Below the pieces are notes generated by a model that worked only from the letters and a program-made list of their open reading frames with translations, searched no databases and was not told the origin of the DNA. Positions 41,055 to 55,120 of a stretch of DNA of 64,000 bases are shown here, piece by piece (position 1 is the first letter of the stretch; the number at the start of each line of letters is the position of its first letter). The position numbers and the translations under genes were made by a program. Source of the DNA: Amoeboaphelidium protococcarum X5 (Eukaryota > Fungi > Aphelidiomycota); NCBI GenBank assembly GCA_023515725.1, contig JALDTO010000098.1, positions 28,615-92,614 of the forward strand, written 5' to 3'.

Positions 41055-41106
41055 TGATATAAAAGAATTGTAATTTAAATATTGACGATTATACAAAGTA
41101 GTAAGA

Positions 41107-41539
41107 TCAATCCTTCTTCTAAGAGGCAACATTACCAGAACTATCTTCTGAATAAGCCAAGATCACATATCCAATCATCACAATATTAGTCACTGCAACA
41201 GCAGCGATGGCGCCATAAGTTGTATTGCCTACAATTTAGACATTACACAATAATATTAATTTATTTATAAGGCAAATAATTACCCCCAAACATGTATTTA
41301 GTCGTGTAAAAGTATGTTCCAAGAGGCGCAATCAGCATCAGAGCTGTGAACAGAATCAACTTTGCAAACACCGATCTACATAATATAACATAAGTAGTGC
41401 TCTCATAATTTATTGCACTAACAATTGTAATATAAGGTTACCCAGAGACTCTAGATTGAGGGAGTTGGACGCGACTCTAATCAGCAGGCTCTGTTGCCAC
41501 TTATGTCTTGATCCTTTACTTTAACTAGCCTTCGCTCAT
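41107..41539 (-). CDS. VMA21: V-ATPase assembly factor Vma21, introns 41376-41441 and 41229-41283 (103 aa)
   Basis: VFAKLILFTALMLIAPLGTYF...YGAIAAVAVTNIVIGYVILAYSED, with a C-terminal KKD dilysine-like motif. Confidence 0.88.
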
Positions 41540-41795
41540 TATGTTGCTTCGTGACAGTGCAAGAATCTCTCTTCAATTGAAAACGAAGGAGATTTCATCT
41601 AAGGATTTGTAAATACCCCACCAAGAACTAGCTAAAGTGGGAGTCGCAAATTTTTAAATTCAACTATAAGCACGCAAAAAATAAATGCACTCGATTAAAT
41701 TAAATAGATTCATCACCAAAATCTCATTCTATCATATTTCAATCACTTTTAAAGACCATCGATCGACTCTTTAAAGCTAAACCACGCGCCACAGA

Positions 41796-43565
41796 TCAAC
41801 CCAATGGACCGCGATTGACAAACGTCTGACCCGTTCTGATTGAAGTGCCGTACATGGCATTGTTCTCATTGCCAATATAGGTAAATCCTTGAAACTGATC
41901 TTGCACAGAACTAGATAGAGCAGAAGGATTCTCAACAAAAGAGTCAGAAGGCGCCTCGCTAGTGAATTCCTCACTAAAATTTGACGTGTCCATTGCCGAG
42001 GATACTTGCGGTCTAAACGGAGGATTCAACATCTTGCGCTCCAGCTTGTGCCAGTCAACATTACTGAAGAACGGGTGACTCTTGATCTGACCAGGTCCAT
42101 CAAATCCCAGGCGAGCATTGGCATCTCTATTTAACAACTTGCTCAACAAGTCTTTACCAAGCGGAGATACGACTGGACCTTCGCTGCCATCATCACGCGG
42201 GAATCGCAGCGGGTCATTCAAAATTTTGCGATACATTTCATTCGTATTCTCACTATAGAATGGAGGTAGACCGACAATCATCTCATACAACAACACGCCC
42301 AATGTCCACCAATCTACGACTTTGGTGTATCCGTTACCAATAAGAAGCTCTGGAGCGAGATACTCTGGAGTGCCACAGAAAGTATTAGTCTTTTCATCTT
42401 TAGTCATGTTCAACTTACACAATCCAAAATCACACAGTGCGATATGTCCAGTATAGTCCAATAAAATATTCTCCGGCTTCAAATCTCTGTAAATGATGTT
42501 GTACATGTGCAATGTCTCAAGAGCTAGTAGAAGCTCGGCGGCATAGAACTTTGCGCGCTCCTCATGAAAACATCCCTCAGATTGTAGATGATGAAATAAC
42601 TCTCCACCATTGACAAAGGCAAGCACTAGATACAATTTATCAGGACTCTGAAATGAAAACTTGAGATTCACAATAAAAGGAGACTGGATCTTGGCCAGAA
42701 CATTTCTCTCTGCCAGTGTATGCTCAACTTCTGATCTCTCCACAATACTGGCCTTCCTTATGATCTTCATGGCATAAATACGCCCAGTATCCTTCTTGCG
42801 CACCTGCATAACTTTACCGAATGATCCCTTGCCGATCACCTTCATCAGATCGAAATCATCAATGGATAAGGATTTCTTACTAGCCACTACTCTGAATAGC
42901 AATTACACTTGGATCTCACCGGCAATACTTCCATTGGCAGAGATGAGCTGGCACACTTGCTCCTCCGGCTTCTAATCAGTAAACTTTGGTCTCATTCTGC
43001 ATGTTCCCAGAAGCAGAGTCTATTAAGCCGGCTAAATAGGTGCTCTACTTGTCTACTTGCGCGGCTGATTAGATAGGGATGGTGTAGGCATCTTTGGCAT
43101 CTGAGCATTCGTTCTCTAATAAACAGATATCATAACCTCAGCCTCACGGGACACATCAAAATTAGCTCTCTACGACCACTTTGGACTAGTCACACTTCCT
43201 CCTACATAGAGCGATAAAGATAACATATATTAAGTACAAATATTTAATCATAGTATGTATAATAAAAAATACTTACCAGTAGATTCAGCCAAAAATTCAT
43301 TCTTGTCAAAATCAATCACCATATAAGGCATCTAAGTGTTTCCAGCATCAACACTCAGCCCTTGCGCCTCCACGACTCTGACTAACAGAATACCATTCAA
43401 GTTCTTTGGACTAGATGACGACTAGCTCTATTACTACATCTGCTGTTGTTATTGCGCAGGCACCTATTGTGTCTATTACTAAGCACTAGGTCCAGGCTAA
43501 GCACTCACAGGCGCAACAGGCGTTGGTTCAGATACCTTTTTCTTTGGAGTCAACTTTGCAAACAT
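41796..43565 (-). CDS. YPK1: AGC kinase Ypk1/Gad8 with C2 domain, intron 43202-43276 (564 aa)
   Basis: C2-like LVRVVEAQGL..PYMVIDFDKNE, GKGSFGKVMQVRKKDT, TFCGTPEYLAPE, hydrophobic motif FQGFTY. Confidence 0.93.
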
Positions 43566-43913
43566 CCTCTATCCTTTAATCTTACTATTAATAACTTGAT
43601 AATAAACTTATAAGACGAAGGAAAATACGATTATGGAAGAGGTAACCAATTTAAGTCTCCGCTTCTCTCTGTGTAAGAAAGCCCTCAAGTTAAAATTGCG
43701 AGAAGATCAAAAGTTGGACCGTTCGTGGCCCGAAACAGAAAAAGTCAAAGCCGTTTTTTAGTGTGACAGTAGCCTGACAACGCACCGCCTGGCACATTGC
43801 TAATTTTGGTATATTCAGCAGTCTCTACATCGGTAGTTACGGTAACCTTCTGAGCATTTTTTTTGCTTTATAAATTCTTTTTTGTGCATGTGGATGTGCT
43901 AATATAAAAGAAC

Positions 43914-46694
43914 ATGAGTAAATCTTAGTTTATCCAGAGAATCGAGACAAGTTCCGCGGATCTTGAAACTTTGACAGCGGCGAAACAGGCGGCCGTTTCA
44001 GATGATAATAAATAGAACAATGTAGCAGCAGATCTACCATTGCGTGGATCCATGTGGATGTCTGCTAAGAACTGCACGTATCCGCAGACTGTTGATATCT
44101 ACCTTGTGAGTTCCGTGAATGTTAAGCAGATTATCCTATTGTGTCACCATTATATGATCCCGTCAAAGGTGGAGCTACGAATCGGTGACAATATGCAGAA
44201 TCTTCGGCATCTCGGACATGTCACCTTTAATGATAACGAGCGAAATAGCTATGCTTTGAGAGAGCTCAAATCTATTGATGTCAATGCAATTGGTCAAGTC
44301 GTACAGCTGGTGCTTCATCGACCGTATGAGAATGGTAGGAAATTGAATATTGCTGAGCAAGTCGCGTTCATGGATATGGAATTGGTGTGCGAATAAATCG
44401 GCACGTAGAAAGTAGGAGTTAATATTGGTTCTTCTGATGGTCATTAAAGTGATTAAGAATGGTAAAGCTGGCGATAAGCATTGGTAGAACATAAGCAAGC
44501 TCTACTGAAAGAGGAAAATTATGCAGAAGCCAAGTTTTGTAAGCACATATCAGACAGGCTGGATGAATATTTATTGAGTGTCAAGACTTTGACTGATCTG
44601 AAGAGGCGGGCTGTTGCTGAAGAGGATTTTGATAGAGCGGATAGATACAGGATTGATTTGGAGTAGATGCGCGTCATGTTCACCAAATGGATTAATTCGC
44701 AGCCTTACAAACTTGTGAATTCGCGTATAGAGAGAGGAGATAACAATAATGAAGCTTCTGCAGACAGTTAATAGTAATAAAAAAATGCTGATACATCAGG
44801 TCAGAGAGAAGTCACACAGACTTTACCGCAAGTTACGCCTCCTCCGCCAGTAAAAAATGACACTATAACTGCATCTGATAATGTTCAAGTCAATCAGTAG
44901 GCAGTTTCTGAAATTAAAGTTGCAGTTAAAGCCAAGAAATTGTAAAAGAAGCCCACTATTATTAGAAAGACTGTGACGCAAGCTGTTGGATCTGAAGAAA
45001 ATGAGATAAGTGCCCAGTCGCGTCAACTTAATCATCAGGCTGGCTCAAATACCATTTAGCCTATGATTGTAGTTCCTTTTGAATTAAGCCCTCTCACCTT
45101 TAATTAGCTACCTAATATGTCTGCCAATTATCATGAACTTGTGAAAATATTTGGAGAAACTTTCACATAATCCATATTGTCATCTAGCAAAGAGCATGTA
45201 GTATATTGCCTTAAAATCATTTCAGAATAGCTAGAGAAGTGGCTTTTAACAAACGCGTCTAATGCATTGCTCATTCTTAATTCCATACTAATGGTCGTAG
45301 TTCATCTTTTAAATATTGGGAAGGATCCTGAAGTTGTTATAGCTTGTATGCAGATTGTGGAGAGAATAGTTTAGATTGATTCACCAAGTGTTGGAGTTTA
45401 ATATTCCGGTGTTGCATTGTCATTGGTTAAGTACATCTAAGTCGATTAGTATTCGGATATAGTGCGTAGACTGATGCGACTCACTGCTAGTAGAGTTGAC
45501 TATATGGAGCTACTGCATTCAAAGTTGACCAATTAGAGTTCCTAAGCTGTAAAGTACGTGGTGCAGTATCTCAGCGCAATTTAGTATCTTTTGGAGATGG
45601 CCACTATGGAAGATATCAATTTCTAATTAAAAGATTCTTTAATTTTGGTAATAGTTTAGAATCAAATCTCAAGTCGTGATACCTCTGTGGTGTCAACGTG
45701 TGAGCAGATATGCCTATAATTGTTCAAGTTCTTGATTTAGAGATAACATTTGTCGTATACAGAAGCTGAGACTCGGATTTTGGATTCTCTTAAAAATATA
45801 AATCCTTCGCTGCAAAGGTAGATTAAAGATGAGCTGACAGAGGCAAGGATAATGCATACAATTTAGAATACCTTACAAGAGACCAAGTTGAATCCTCAGG
45901 AGGTTGCAGTGGCTTAGAGTAAATCTCTAAAGAAATCACAAGTCTAAGTTGCTGACGGCTCGGCTGATAATAACGATATCCAAAGTGCGAGCGTTCAAAC
46001 TCCTCTGGTTGTTGAGATTCCGTTATCACCTTAAAAGAGTGAGTACTTTACTCCGTCTGAGAGTCCTGCTGCACCTATAATTCGTGCTTAAGAAAGTCAG
46101 TAAATGGTAAACCGCGAATAAGTTGATGTTCCTCCCAGTTAACAAAGCGTTAAGGTTCAATTCAATCCAAGTGTGAATTCAAATTAGAAGCCCGAATCCT
46201 TGAAATCTGATGTCAAAAAGCATCATACTTGCATATTCTGCGAGTAGACAAGCGAGCGATTCAATGAAAAGTACTTGGACTATCATTATCAGAAGGAGTG
46301 CCCAATGCTGACTTCGTGTCGGTATTGTAACATGATTGTAGAAATTTCATCATTAGATCAACATTATAAGCTTGATTGCTCTGAAGGGCATCTGGAGTAG
46401 TGTCCCAAGTGCATGCTGTACATGGATACGCCGCGAATGAAAGTTCATCAGAGGGTGAAAAAATGCAAGATTGCCAAGTTTGGTGATGTCAAATGCTATC
46501 TCTGTGGTCAAGTCATTGGATTAGTGAGTAATAGAGAAAACGCGTTCTACAAGCATCTTATGGTAGATGGATGTCCCAAGGCAGATCGACAACCGCCGTA
46601 ATCGTAATCACCAGGTAACTCTCAATCTGCGCCTAAACGAACCAAGAGTTTTGTATAGAGACTATTCGGAAAGAAGGATGTAAATAAAAGATGA
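43914..46694 (+). CDS. CEP104: Centrosomal/ciliary protein CEP104 (926 aa)
   Basis: N-terminal W.S..NCTYPQ...LLCHHYMIPSKVE...LGHVTFNDNE....RELKSI, coiled coil EEDFDRA, TOG-like helices, C-terminal Zn fingers CIFC..LDYHYQKECPML..C..C. Confidence 0.88.
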
Positions 46695-46732
46695 TAAAAT
46701 TGTAATAGAACTAAGTGCAAGTTATAATAAAG

Positions 46733-47823
46733 TCAAAGCTCTTTCAATAAAACATCATAGTCCAGATCGAAGCGATTTAGATCATTGTCGATTAGACTCG
46801 CCAAATCCTGAGGTATCTTGCCGAACTTCTACACTGTGTTAGATGCCATGGCATAAAGAAACCATCTATTATGCTGACCAATTAAAACTTACCGGAAATG
46901 GCAATCGAATTACTTCAGAGCTCTTTCTGATGTTAGTCTAAGGTCCAACTTTGGGTCGATTACCGGCACGGATTCCAAAACTTTTAACACCCGAGGTTGC
47001 ATTATAGGCAGTCTAATCCAGTAAAGTAATCAAATACATAAACAGTTGAATGCCATTAGACATTTCAACGTGTTCATCACCAAAAGTGTCGGTCGATCCA
47101 AAGATTATAATGGACGCGCCGTTTGGAACATTCTTACAGAGGGCAATGGGCGCTCTTGGTGGATAGACTTTGTCTGGAGTTCGCAGCATAATTTAAATAT
47201 CGTTATCAGATTTCAATATGGACAGCGTACATCCTTCAATGTATGTAAACTCAGACTCAGTGCCATTAAAACGGTCATCAAACTTGCAACGGACATGAGA
47301 CGGCAAATCTATATTCGGCATTTCATCGCCATGCTCATCAGTTATTGCGATTACCAAATCTACACATTAACGTGCATCAAAATTCTGTCAAGTTTAAAGT
47401 AAGTTCACAAAATACCATCATTGACTTTGATCCCGACTTTTGACAACAACCATGAACACAAATTACCGACGCGATTCCCTCTAAACTGCTAGTGAGTAAG
47501 CAGGATAATCTTGCAACCTTGCAGCGAAAGAATCCTAGTCAAAGCTTGCATCTACACATACATTTTAAATCATTTCACTAGTTATTAATGTTATATTACC
47601 TCCGAGTCTTGATACACTCTGCCATCGTCAATTACAATCAGGGCGCCAGATTGAAACTGATTCAACCTGTCGATACTACACGCCTTAATTAGTTCGCTGA
47701 ATAACGGAATACTGATTAACATTACATTTCAATTTGAATGGTTTCCGCTTGTAGTCGCTATAGCAGCAGGTTCAATCTATTAAGCTCCGGCGACTAGTAG
47801 AAAGTGATTGTTTTATTGTACAT
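46733..47823 (-). CDS. IFT52: Divergent, C-terminally truncated IFT52 (GIFT domain); introns 47676-47725, 47552-47599, 47360-47415, 46829-46892 (290 aa)
   Basis: LLSKVGIKVNDD, FTYIEGCTLSI, VYPPRAPI, IIIFGSTDTFGDEH and IPQDLASLID align in order with IFT52 motifs. Four GT..TGTAG introns give an open frame. Confidence 0.7.
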
Positions 47824-48218
47824 TGTGTCGATCAGTTTTAAGATAGTACTGTAGTTGATCCTCACAGAGAACGACTTCAAACATTAAAAAAGATAACGAG
47901 AAGCAACCTCTGTGTTAACTATTGACGGACGAAATCCCGACTTTTCTACGAAGAGGATAATTTAAAATAAAGTAGGAGAAACTAAATCTGTTAATTATTA
48001 GATATCCACCAATTATACTTGACTGAGTTGCATATCACAACAGCAGCGTGGTATTTCAACGCATCGCAAATGGCTTCTTTTAATCGCGCGATCTTGAAAT
48101 TTTCTCTTTGCCTTTTCACTTCTCAAGCTCAGGCGAGAACCGAAGCTTTTATCATTATCATTCTGTGTAAAGTGTATAATTATTGCGATCGCAGTATCAT
48201 TACAAAACATTAGTTAAT

Positions 48219-50468
48219 ATGTCGGCGTAAGAGAATGAACAGAAATTGAGTCAGCTGAGTTTAGATGGCGAATCCTCTCAGTCCAACACGAGTCTTGATG
48301 GAGCTGGCAATGAAAAGTAGGCACGGCAATAACAATAACAATAGTAGAAGAAGGCAAAGAAGTAAAAGAACAAAGTACAAGCGAATGGTACTGGCAGTAA
48401 CGATCCTCTTGAATTAAGCCCTCCGCCAGCTTATATTGATCATCGCGTCTAGATCTTTGAAAAGTTGAAGTAAAAATATGATCAAGATCTTAGTTAAAAG
48501 CTTAGGAACGAGATCAAAATCACTCTACCTGATGGCTCTGTCAAAACTGGTCGATCCTGGGAGACTAGTCCGATGGATGTGGCTAGGGAGATATCAAGTG
48601 GTCTGGCTTAGCGCGTTATCATTGCTAAAGTCAGTGGTGCTTCTTATAGCGGACTTTGGGATTTGTAAAGACCGCTGGAAGAGGATGTTAAATTGGAGCT
48701 ACTGGACTTCGATTCTGGTGATGAGGCCAAGGCTGTCTTCTGGCATTCTAGTGCCCACATTCTCGGCGAGGCTTGCGAACGCCATTATGGATGCCATCTT
48801 TGTATTGGACCGCCTATTGAGGATGGTTTCTACTATGAGATGGGTATGCCTACTGGTGAGGATGGCTAGAAGAAGATGGTGCATCCGTCCGACTACTCTT
48901 CTTTGGAGACGCTGGCGAAGAATATCACTAAAGAGAAGCAGCCGTTTGAGAGACTTGTGCTCAGCAAGGAGGATTTGCTCGAGATGTTTAAGCATAATCC
49001 ATTCAAAGTGCACATCATCAAGGATAAGATTCCTGATGGAACTAGCACGACTGTGTACCGATGCGGTCCGTTGATTGATCTGTGTCGTGGTCCCCATGTA
49101 CCAGATACTTCGCGTGTTAAAGCTTTCAGTGTCAGTAAGGCCTCTGCTTCGTACTTCCTTGGTGATGCTAAGAATGAGTCCCTGTAGCGTATCTATGGTA
49201 TATCGTTCCCTAGTTCAAAGCAGTTGACTGAACATAAGAAGTTCCTTGAAGAGGCTGCCAAGAGAGATCACAGGAAGATTGGTAAAGATTAGGAGCTGTT
49301 CTTCTTTAACGAGCTTTCACCAGGAAGTTGTTTCTTCTTACCTCATGGTGCTAGAATTTACAATACTTTGGTCGAGTTTATTCGTAAAGAGTATCATGAG
49401 CGAGGATTCAAAGAAGTGGTGACGCCCAACATTTTCAATGTGAAGTTATGGGAGACTTCTGGTCATTGGTAGAACTATAGGGAGAATATGTTCTCCTTCG
49501 AAGTGGAGAAGGAGACTTATGCGCTGAAGCCAATGAATTGTCCGTCGCACTGTATTATGTTTTCCCATAGAGATCGTTCGTACAGAGAGCTACCTCTGCG
49601 TCTGGCTGATTTTGGTGTTTTACATCGAAATGAGTTTAGCGGTGCTCTGACTGGTCTGACGCGTGTAAGAAGATTTTAACAGGATGACGCGCACATCTTC
49701 TGTATGCCAGAGTAGATTGAGTAGGAGATGTCTAACTGTATTGACTTTTTAAAGCATGTCTATGGCATCTTTGGCTTTCAGTTCACGCTGAAGTTATCTA
49801 CCAGGCCGGAGAAGTATTTGGGTACTATTGAAAAGTGGCAGCAGGCAGAGAAGATGTTGGAAGAGTCGCTGAACAAGTCTGGCTTCCCTTGGGAGATCAA
49901 TGAAGGTGATGGTGCATTCTATGGACCCAAGATTGATATTACCATCAAAGATGCTTTGAACCGTCGCCATTAATGCGCTACTATGCAGTTGGACTTTTAA
50001 CTGCCAGAGAAGTTTAATTTGTCGTATGTGTCTAATAATCCTGGTGAAGGTAAGGCACAGTGTCGCCCAGTGATCATCCATCGCGCCATCTACGGTTCTG
50101 TGGAGAGACTGATCGCCATTCTGACGGAGAGTTATGCAGGCAAGTGGCCATTCTGGATTAGCCCTCGCCAGTGCACGATTGTCCCTGTTAGTTTAGATAA
50201 TCTTCCATATGCGAATGAAGTCAAGACGCTGTTCCATTCCCATGGCTTGTATGTTGAAGTGGATGACAGTGACAACACACTACCAAAGAAGATTCGTAAT
50301 GCAGAGATAAGTCAGGTGAATTTCATCATTGTAGTCGGTAAAGAGGAGTAGGAGAGTAAGACGTTGAACATCAGACCGAGAGATGCCGAGGTTAAAGGCA
50401 AGTCTGATGTGGTGCCTATTCAGCAAGTCCTGGATATGATGCTCAAGCTAAAGGCTGATAAGAAGTGA
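48219..50468 (+). CDS. THS1: Cytosolic threonyl-tRNA synthetase (749 aa)
   Basis: [39 protein letters not shown][TAA]QDDAH, H[TAA]CATMQLDF[TAA]LP. Confidence 0.98.
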
Positions 50469-50636
50469 GCGGTATTGGTTTAGAACTAAATAATGCATAA
50501 CTTGAAATGATAATGCATCAAATGGAACAAAAGTGGGAGTAGTAGTAGTAATAATAAAGATTCAGTTTATTATAATTGTACCATGTGCGCTTTCACTTTA
50601 TGAAAGCTGGTGGACGACATTCAATTTAAAAATGCG

Positions 50637-51587
50637 TCAATTAACTTCGCCACTAGAAGTTTATTATTATCTCAACTTCAACTTGCCAATACCATCTTGG
50701 AATTCGAGAACCATAATCTCACCTCTATTGTCATCCATCACTTAATCAGAGCTTCTTGTCTAAAGTACTTTTTGGAACAAGAAAAACTTGTCATATTCAT
50801 TAATGATCCATTCAGCCTGTTCCATCAACTGAGCCAGATAACTGTGAGGTAATGAAGCAAGCACCTGAATCCATTAGTCTGCATCAGATAACTTGAGTCT
50901 CCACTAGTCTTTCACAATATCCTTTTACAGACACCCGATAGATTGTGGATAAGTGGAAAGTAGATACTCTGAGCATTTCACACTCAGAACATCAGCTATG
51001 GAATGCAAGTGTTCAGAGTTGAGCATAAAGTCTGACAGCAGCTTAAAGTCATCCAAAGTATCCACGCGAATGTACTATAATGAACAATCTGCCAGTTCTT
51101 AGAGCTCCAAATAGCTAGCGACACTCTGCACCTCCAAAGCAACGCGTAAAGTCATCTCAGACGGAAGTAGAGCTTTGTAAAGCCAATCCACTATAATATT
51201 TTTTACTGCGCTCATAGTGTCACTAACGCCAAGAGGTGGCTCTGAGGATACTGCATGCGCATCAGTAGGAGGCGGGGAGTAGTAATCCAGAACGAGCAGA
51301 GATCTACTATCGCCGTCTCTACTCTCATTCGCCGATAAGTACTTCCTAATGAATGGGGAGCGGGATGCCAGTAATTTATGCATAGGTATACTAAGTCCAT
51401 TCAGGACAAGAGTAAAGTTGGTCCACTATTGCTTGACATAGCCTTCCTCATAGATGTAATTCACAATACTTTCATTGCTTTCCTGAGAAGACTACGCTGG
51501 AGAAGACTGCGACTACTTTTATGGTTGGACTACAGACTTTTACGCTCCCTTACGCTTAGATTACTTGGACTAATTAACTTTTGACAT
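50637..51587 (-). CDS. BTB/POZ protein, germ-cell-less-like N-terminus (316 aa)
   Basis: YIYEEGYV..WTNFTLVLNGLSIPMHKLLASRSPF, IVDWLY, VASYLEL..L. Confidence 0.75.
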
Positions 51588-51952
51588 TTCTATAACTGTC
51601 ATTATTAGGCTCTAATTCAAATTTGCGGTAAATTACGTGCGAACAGTTTTGAGATTCTTTTCAGTGATTTGAAATAGAACGATGCGCCTTTCGCGTTCTG
51701 CAGTTTTGTTTATGGAACTCTTTCTTTCAAATTTCTCTCCCTCTTCTTCTCTGCAGTTGTTGAAAGAACGCGCGTTTGGTAGTTTCTTTCCTTCACTCGT
51801 TTCTATCACTTTGCGCTGTGTAGTTTTCTTGTCGTTGTTATTTTCTGCTTGATGAGTGGCGTTCCTTGTTGACTGAGAGCGCAACAGAACAAAGGAATTA
51901 TTTGCAGTATCTCTGCTAGTAGATTAGTTTAATAATAATACGGTAATTAAAT

Positions 51953-53353
51953 ATGGTGTAAAGTTATAATGATCGAACGGTTGATTTTGTGAGTAATAAT
52001 GCCGGCAGCTCTTTGGAATTGGTTCTACTTCTGTCCATCATGCCACTATCGTCCTATGTTTTAGTTGAAACAATGGGCATAAGATCTTTATCTTTGCAAT
52101 CTCTTTTCTATACTTTGATTATGATATTATTAGTCGGTAGACATTTGTTGTATGGCATATTGGCATGTATTATGTTTATTTTAATTGCTGCGGTGCTGAA
52201 GCTTATTACAACGTTTCGCTATTCTGATACTTAGCTTGATAGTCGGAAAATTGATTTTAATATTAGAACTTCTGTATCTGTATTCAAAGTGTTGATGATG
52301 GTTATGACTGTGTTTTCTATTCTGGCTGTTGATTTTTAGTATTTCAAACGGGTGCATTGTAAGGTTGAGTAGTATGGAATATCATTGATGGATATTGGAG
52401 TCGGTTCATTTGTATTTAGTATGGGATTAACCGCGGTGAAGCCTATTCAATAAAGGTCCTGGTAGTAGGTTCTCAGTAAAATCATGATTACAGCTGGTAT
52501 GGGTATAGTACGGCTGCTTATGGTAAAAGGCTCTGGTTATCATGAGCATGAAACTGAGTATGGACGACATTGGAATTTCTTTTTCACACTTTCTGCTGTA
52601 CAGCTTTGGTCATTTACACTCAGTGCTTCAATTGGGAATACCTACGTTTTAATCAGGCTCATTCTTGGTGTTATTGTCACTGGTGCGCATTAGTATGGAT
52701 TATCGAAAGGATTAGAATCGTACGCGTTTGCTACTGTTGATCGTTCTGTCTCTTTGATCGCTGCCAATAAAGAGGGGATTATTAGTTTACCAGGATACTT
52801 TGCCATTTGTGAATTTGGATGCGCTTTGGGTATATATTTAAATAGTAGACATTAATAGCTGTAGGATATAGAAGAATAATTAGTACATGAGAAGGACAAC
52901 GCCTCGAGATGTGATATTTTACGTTCGCGCCAAATGCGCATAGTATGGAATGTAATGAGTTGGCTCATTACACTATGTGTGACGATGATAGCAACATATA
53001 TACTGGCTTTAAAAAATTAGTCACGATTTCCGTTTAGTAGGCGATCCTGTAATGGAATGTATATTTACGCTACTGTTATTGTGAATTGTTGTGTTGTGTC
53101 TTTGACAATGCTGTCCACGACGTTTATTGGAAAGTCCATCTCGCAAAGTCCACTCGTCACTGGTCTATCAAAACATACTCTGATGATGTTTCTGGTTGCA
53201 AACGTGATGACTGGGATTATCAACAAGTCAATTTAGACGATCGATGCCTCTGATGTCACCTTTGTGCTAGTCATAACCATCTATATGATCATGAATTTTA
53301 ATGTTGGAAACATGTATGATATGATTAAAAATGTTAAACATAAAAGTGATTGA
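51953..53353 (+). CDS. GWT1: GPI inositol acyltransferase Gwt1/PIG-W (466 aa)
   Basis: [58 protein letters not shown]. Confidence 0.93.
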
Positions 53354-53988
53354 TTTAATTACACTGTTCTTTGCCTTTGACTTTGTTATTTCTAAATGCG
53401 CTAGAGTTTCAGTAATAGCAGTACCTCACTCAAGTTAAAGTCTTATTTCGAATACTGTCGCGTTAATACAAGTCTCTTCAAAAGATAGAGTAATGAAAAT
53501 TGTGTCTGTCTACCTCCAAATGCAGTCGAATCAAAAGTATACACAATAATTAACATCACATTAAATGTTTCGAAATCAAACGTTTAAACGTCGATCTCAA
53601 GGTGGTTTTACTTTCAAGTGAACAGAAATGACGATTGATCGTAAATCAATTCAAAAGTATACAAGTACCTAATCGCTTGAACACAACATACAGAGCAGTC
53701 TAAGAAATGGCAATTTACATTCCTCACTTTTTAATTTAATGCGACTTCATTTAAATCTTATCACCATTCATATTTCAAAGGTATGTGAAATCTTTAGCAA
53801 GGGACTTATGTAATCAGAGTTTCAATCATCGGGAAGTTCTCATGCAATCACACCCACCCACACACACACACATTCATGTCTCAAACATCTCGTCCACCTT
53901 CGCCTATATTTCCCGTGAGTACACATTTGTTTACATCACGTTTAATTAATATTTTTGCTGATGTTGAAAGACATATTATATGCTAGAT

Positions 53989-54393
53989 ATGATTGATGGA
54001 GAATAAGAAGATTAGTAAATGTCACGTTCAAGCTAAAAACACGCTCCTTACTTGAGTGAAGAAGAGTAATTAGAGGAAGGAAGAGCATCAAATAGTAAAT
54101 ACATGCTGCCCACGATAAGTTTAGATAATAGCTTTAATAATGGAATCTAAAATGATGCATGTGAAATGTTATTGTCAGTGGAACTGCCAATAGACTAACA
54201 AATGGACATTCCGTACGAAACGCTGACTGGATCGTCCATAGATATAATTCCTTTACAAGAGCCCTGTACAAAGGCGAGTATAGCCACAGCATCTCCCTTA
54301 AATTCAAGTTTCAACACTGCCTTAAAAAGGCTAGAAGGTAAGCCTATTAATGGCCCATTTTAAATTATCTACTATCAACGAGTTTGTGTATGA
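53989..54393 (+). pseudogene. Acidic low-complexity ORF fragment that runs into the transposon remnant
   Basis: About 130 codons open with TAR=Gln (MIDGEQEDQQMSRSSQK...GPFQIIY), ending where composition abruptly shifts to microsatellite-rich DNA. Confidence 0.35.
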
Positions 54394-55120
54394 TGATGAT
54401 TCATGCGCGCGCGCGAGCAGTGTGTGTGTGTGTGTGATTGAGGCGCATTTGTTTGTCGTCGTCGTTCCTGGTTGGGTGGTGTTGATGTTGATGACGGGAG
54501 AACGAGAGAGAAAGGCCTAGAGCGCGCGCGATGTTGACAATGATCATTCAGGCGACGGCGACTACGACGCAAGATCAAGATATTGATCAATTTTTGCGTT
54601 TCAACTATTTCGCGTTGTTTCAACAGCTTTTCGACCGTTGCCTTTTCACTCAACTAATTTTTAGCAATGTCAAAAAAGACAACACCTCAGATATGTAGGC
54701 AGTGGACTGTCCGCCATCTGATATCGCCCGAAAAAGGGAGCTTGCTTGTACTTCAGATGTTCCTCCTACTGATATCCCCTAACAGCACTCCAAGAAGCCT
54801 AAGAAGAATATTAGTATTGTCTGGTACGCATTTGACTAAGAGAAGGCAAAGAGTAGTGGGATGGCAAAATGCTTACTTTGCTCATTTCATAGAGCCTACA
54901 ATATAAGCACCGGAAGTTCGGGATTTATGCTGGATCACTTGAGATCTCAAACACGCCGTTCATTATCATCACCAGCACTAGTACTGTCATTTACGAATGT
55001 TCATAATTTTCGAATTGACTATAGCTCAATGGAGATTAAAACTCATTGTAATTGTGAAATGATTCTTCTTGATTGGATTTTTATCACTGAATACAACATT
55101 GGAATCATCATAGCATAACT
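54373..55120 (+). mobile_element. Degenerate hAT-like DNA transposon remnant (BED zinc finger, frameshifted)
   Basis: KPKKNISIVWYAFD...AKCLLC....NISTGSSGFMLDHLRS(K H after frameshift) is a BED finger. Preceded by (TG)n, (GTC)n and (GC)n runs. No TIRs found and boundaries are approximate. Confidence 0.6.
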
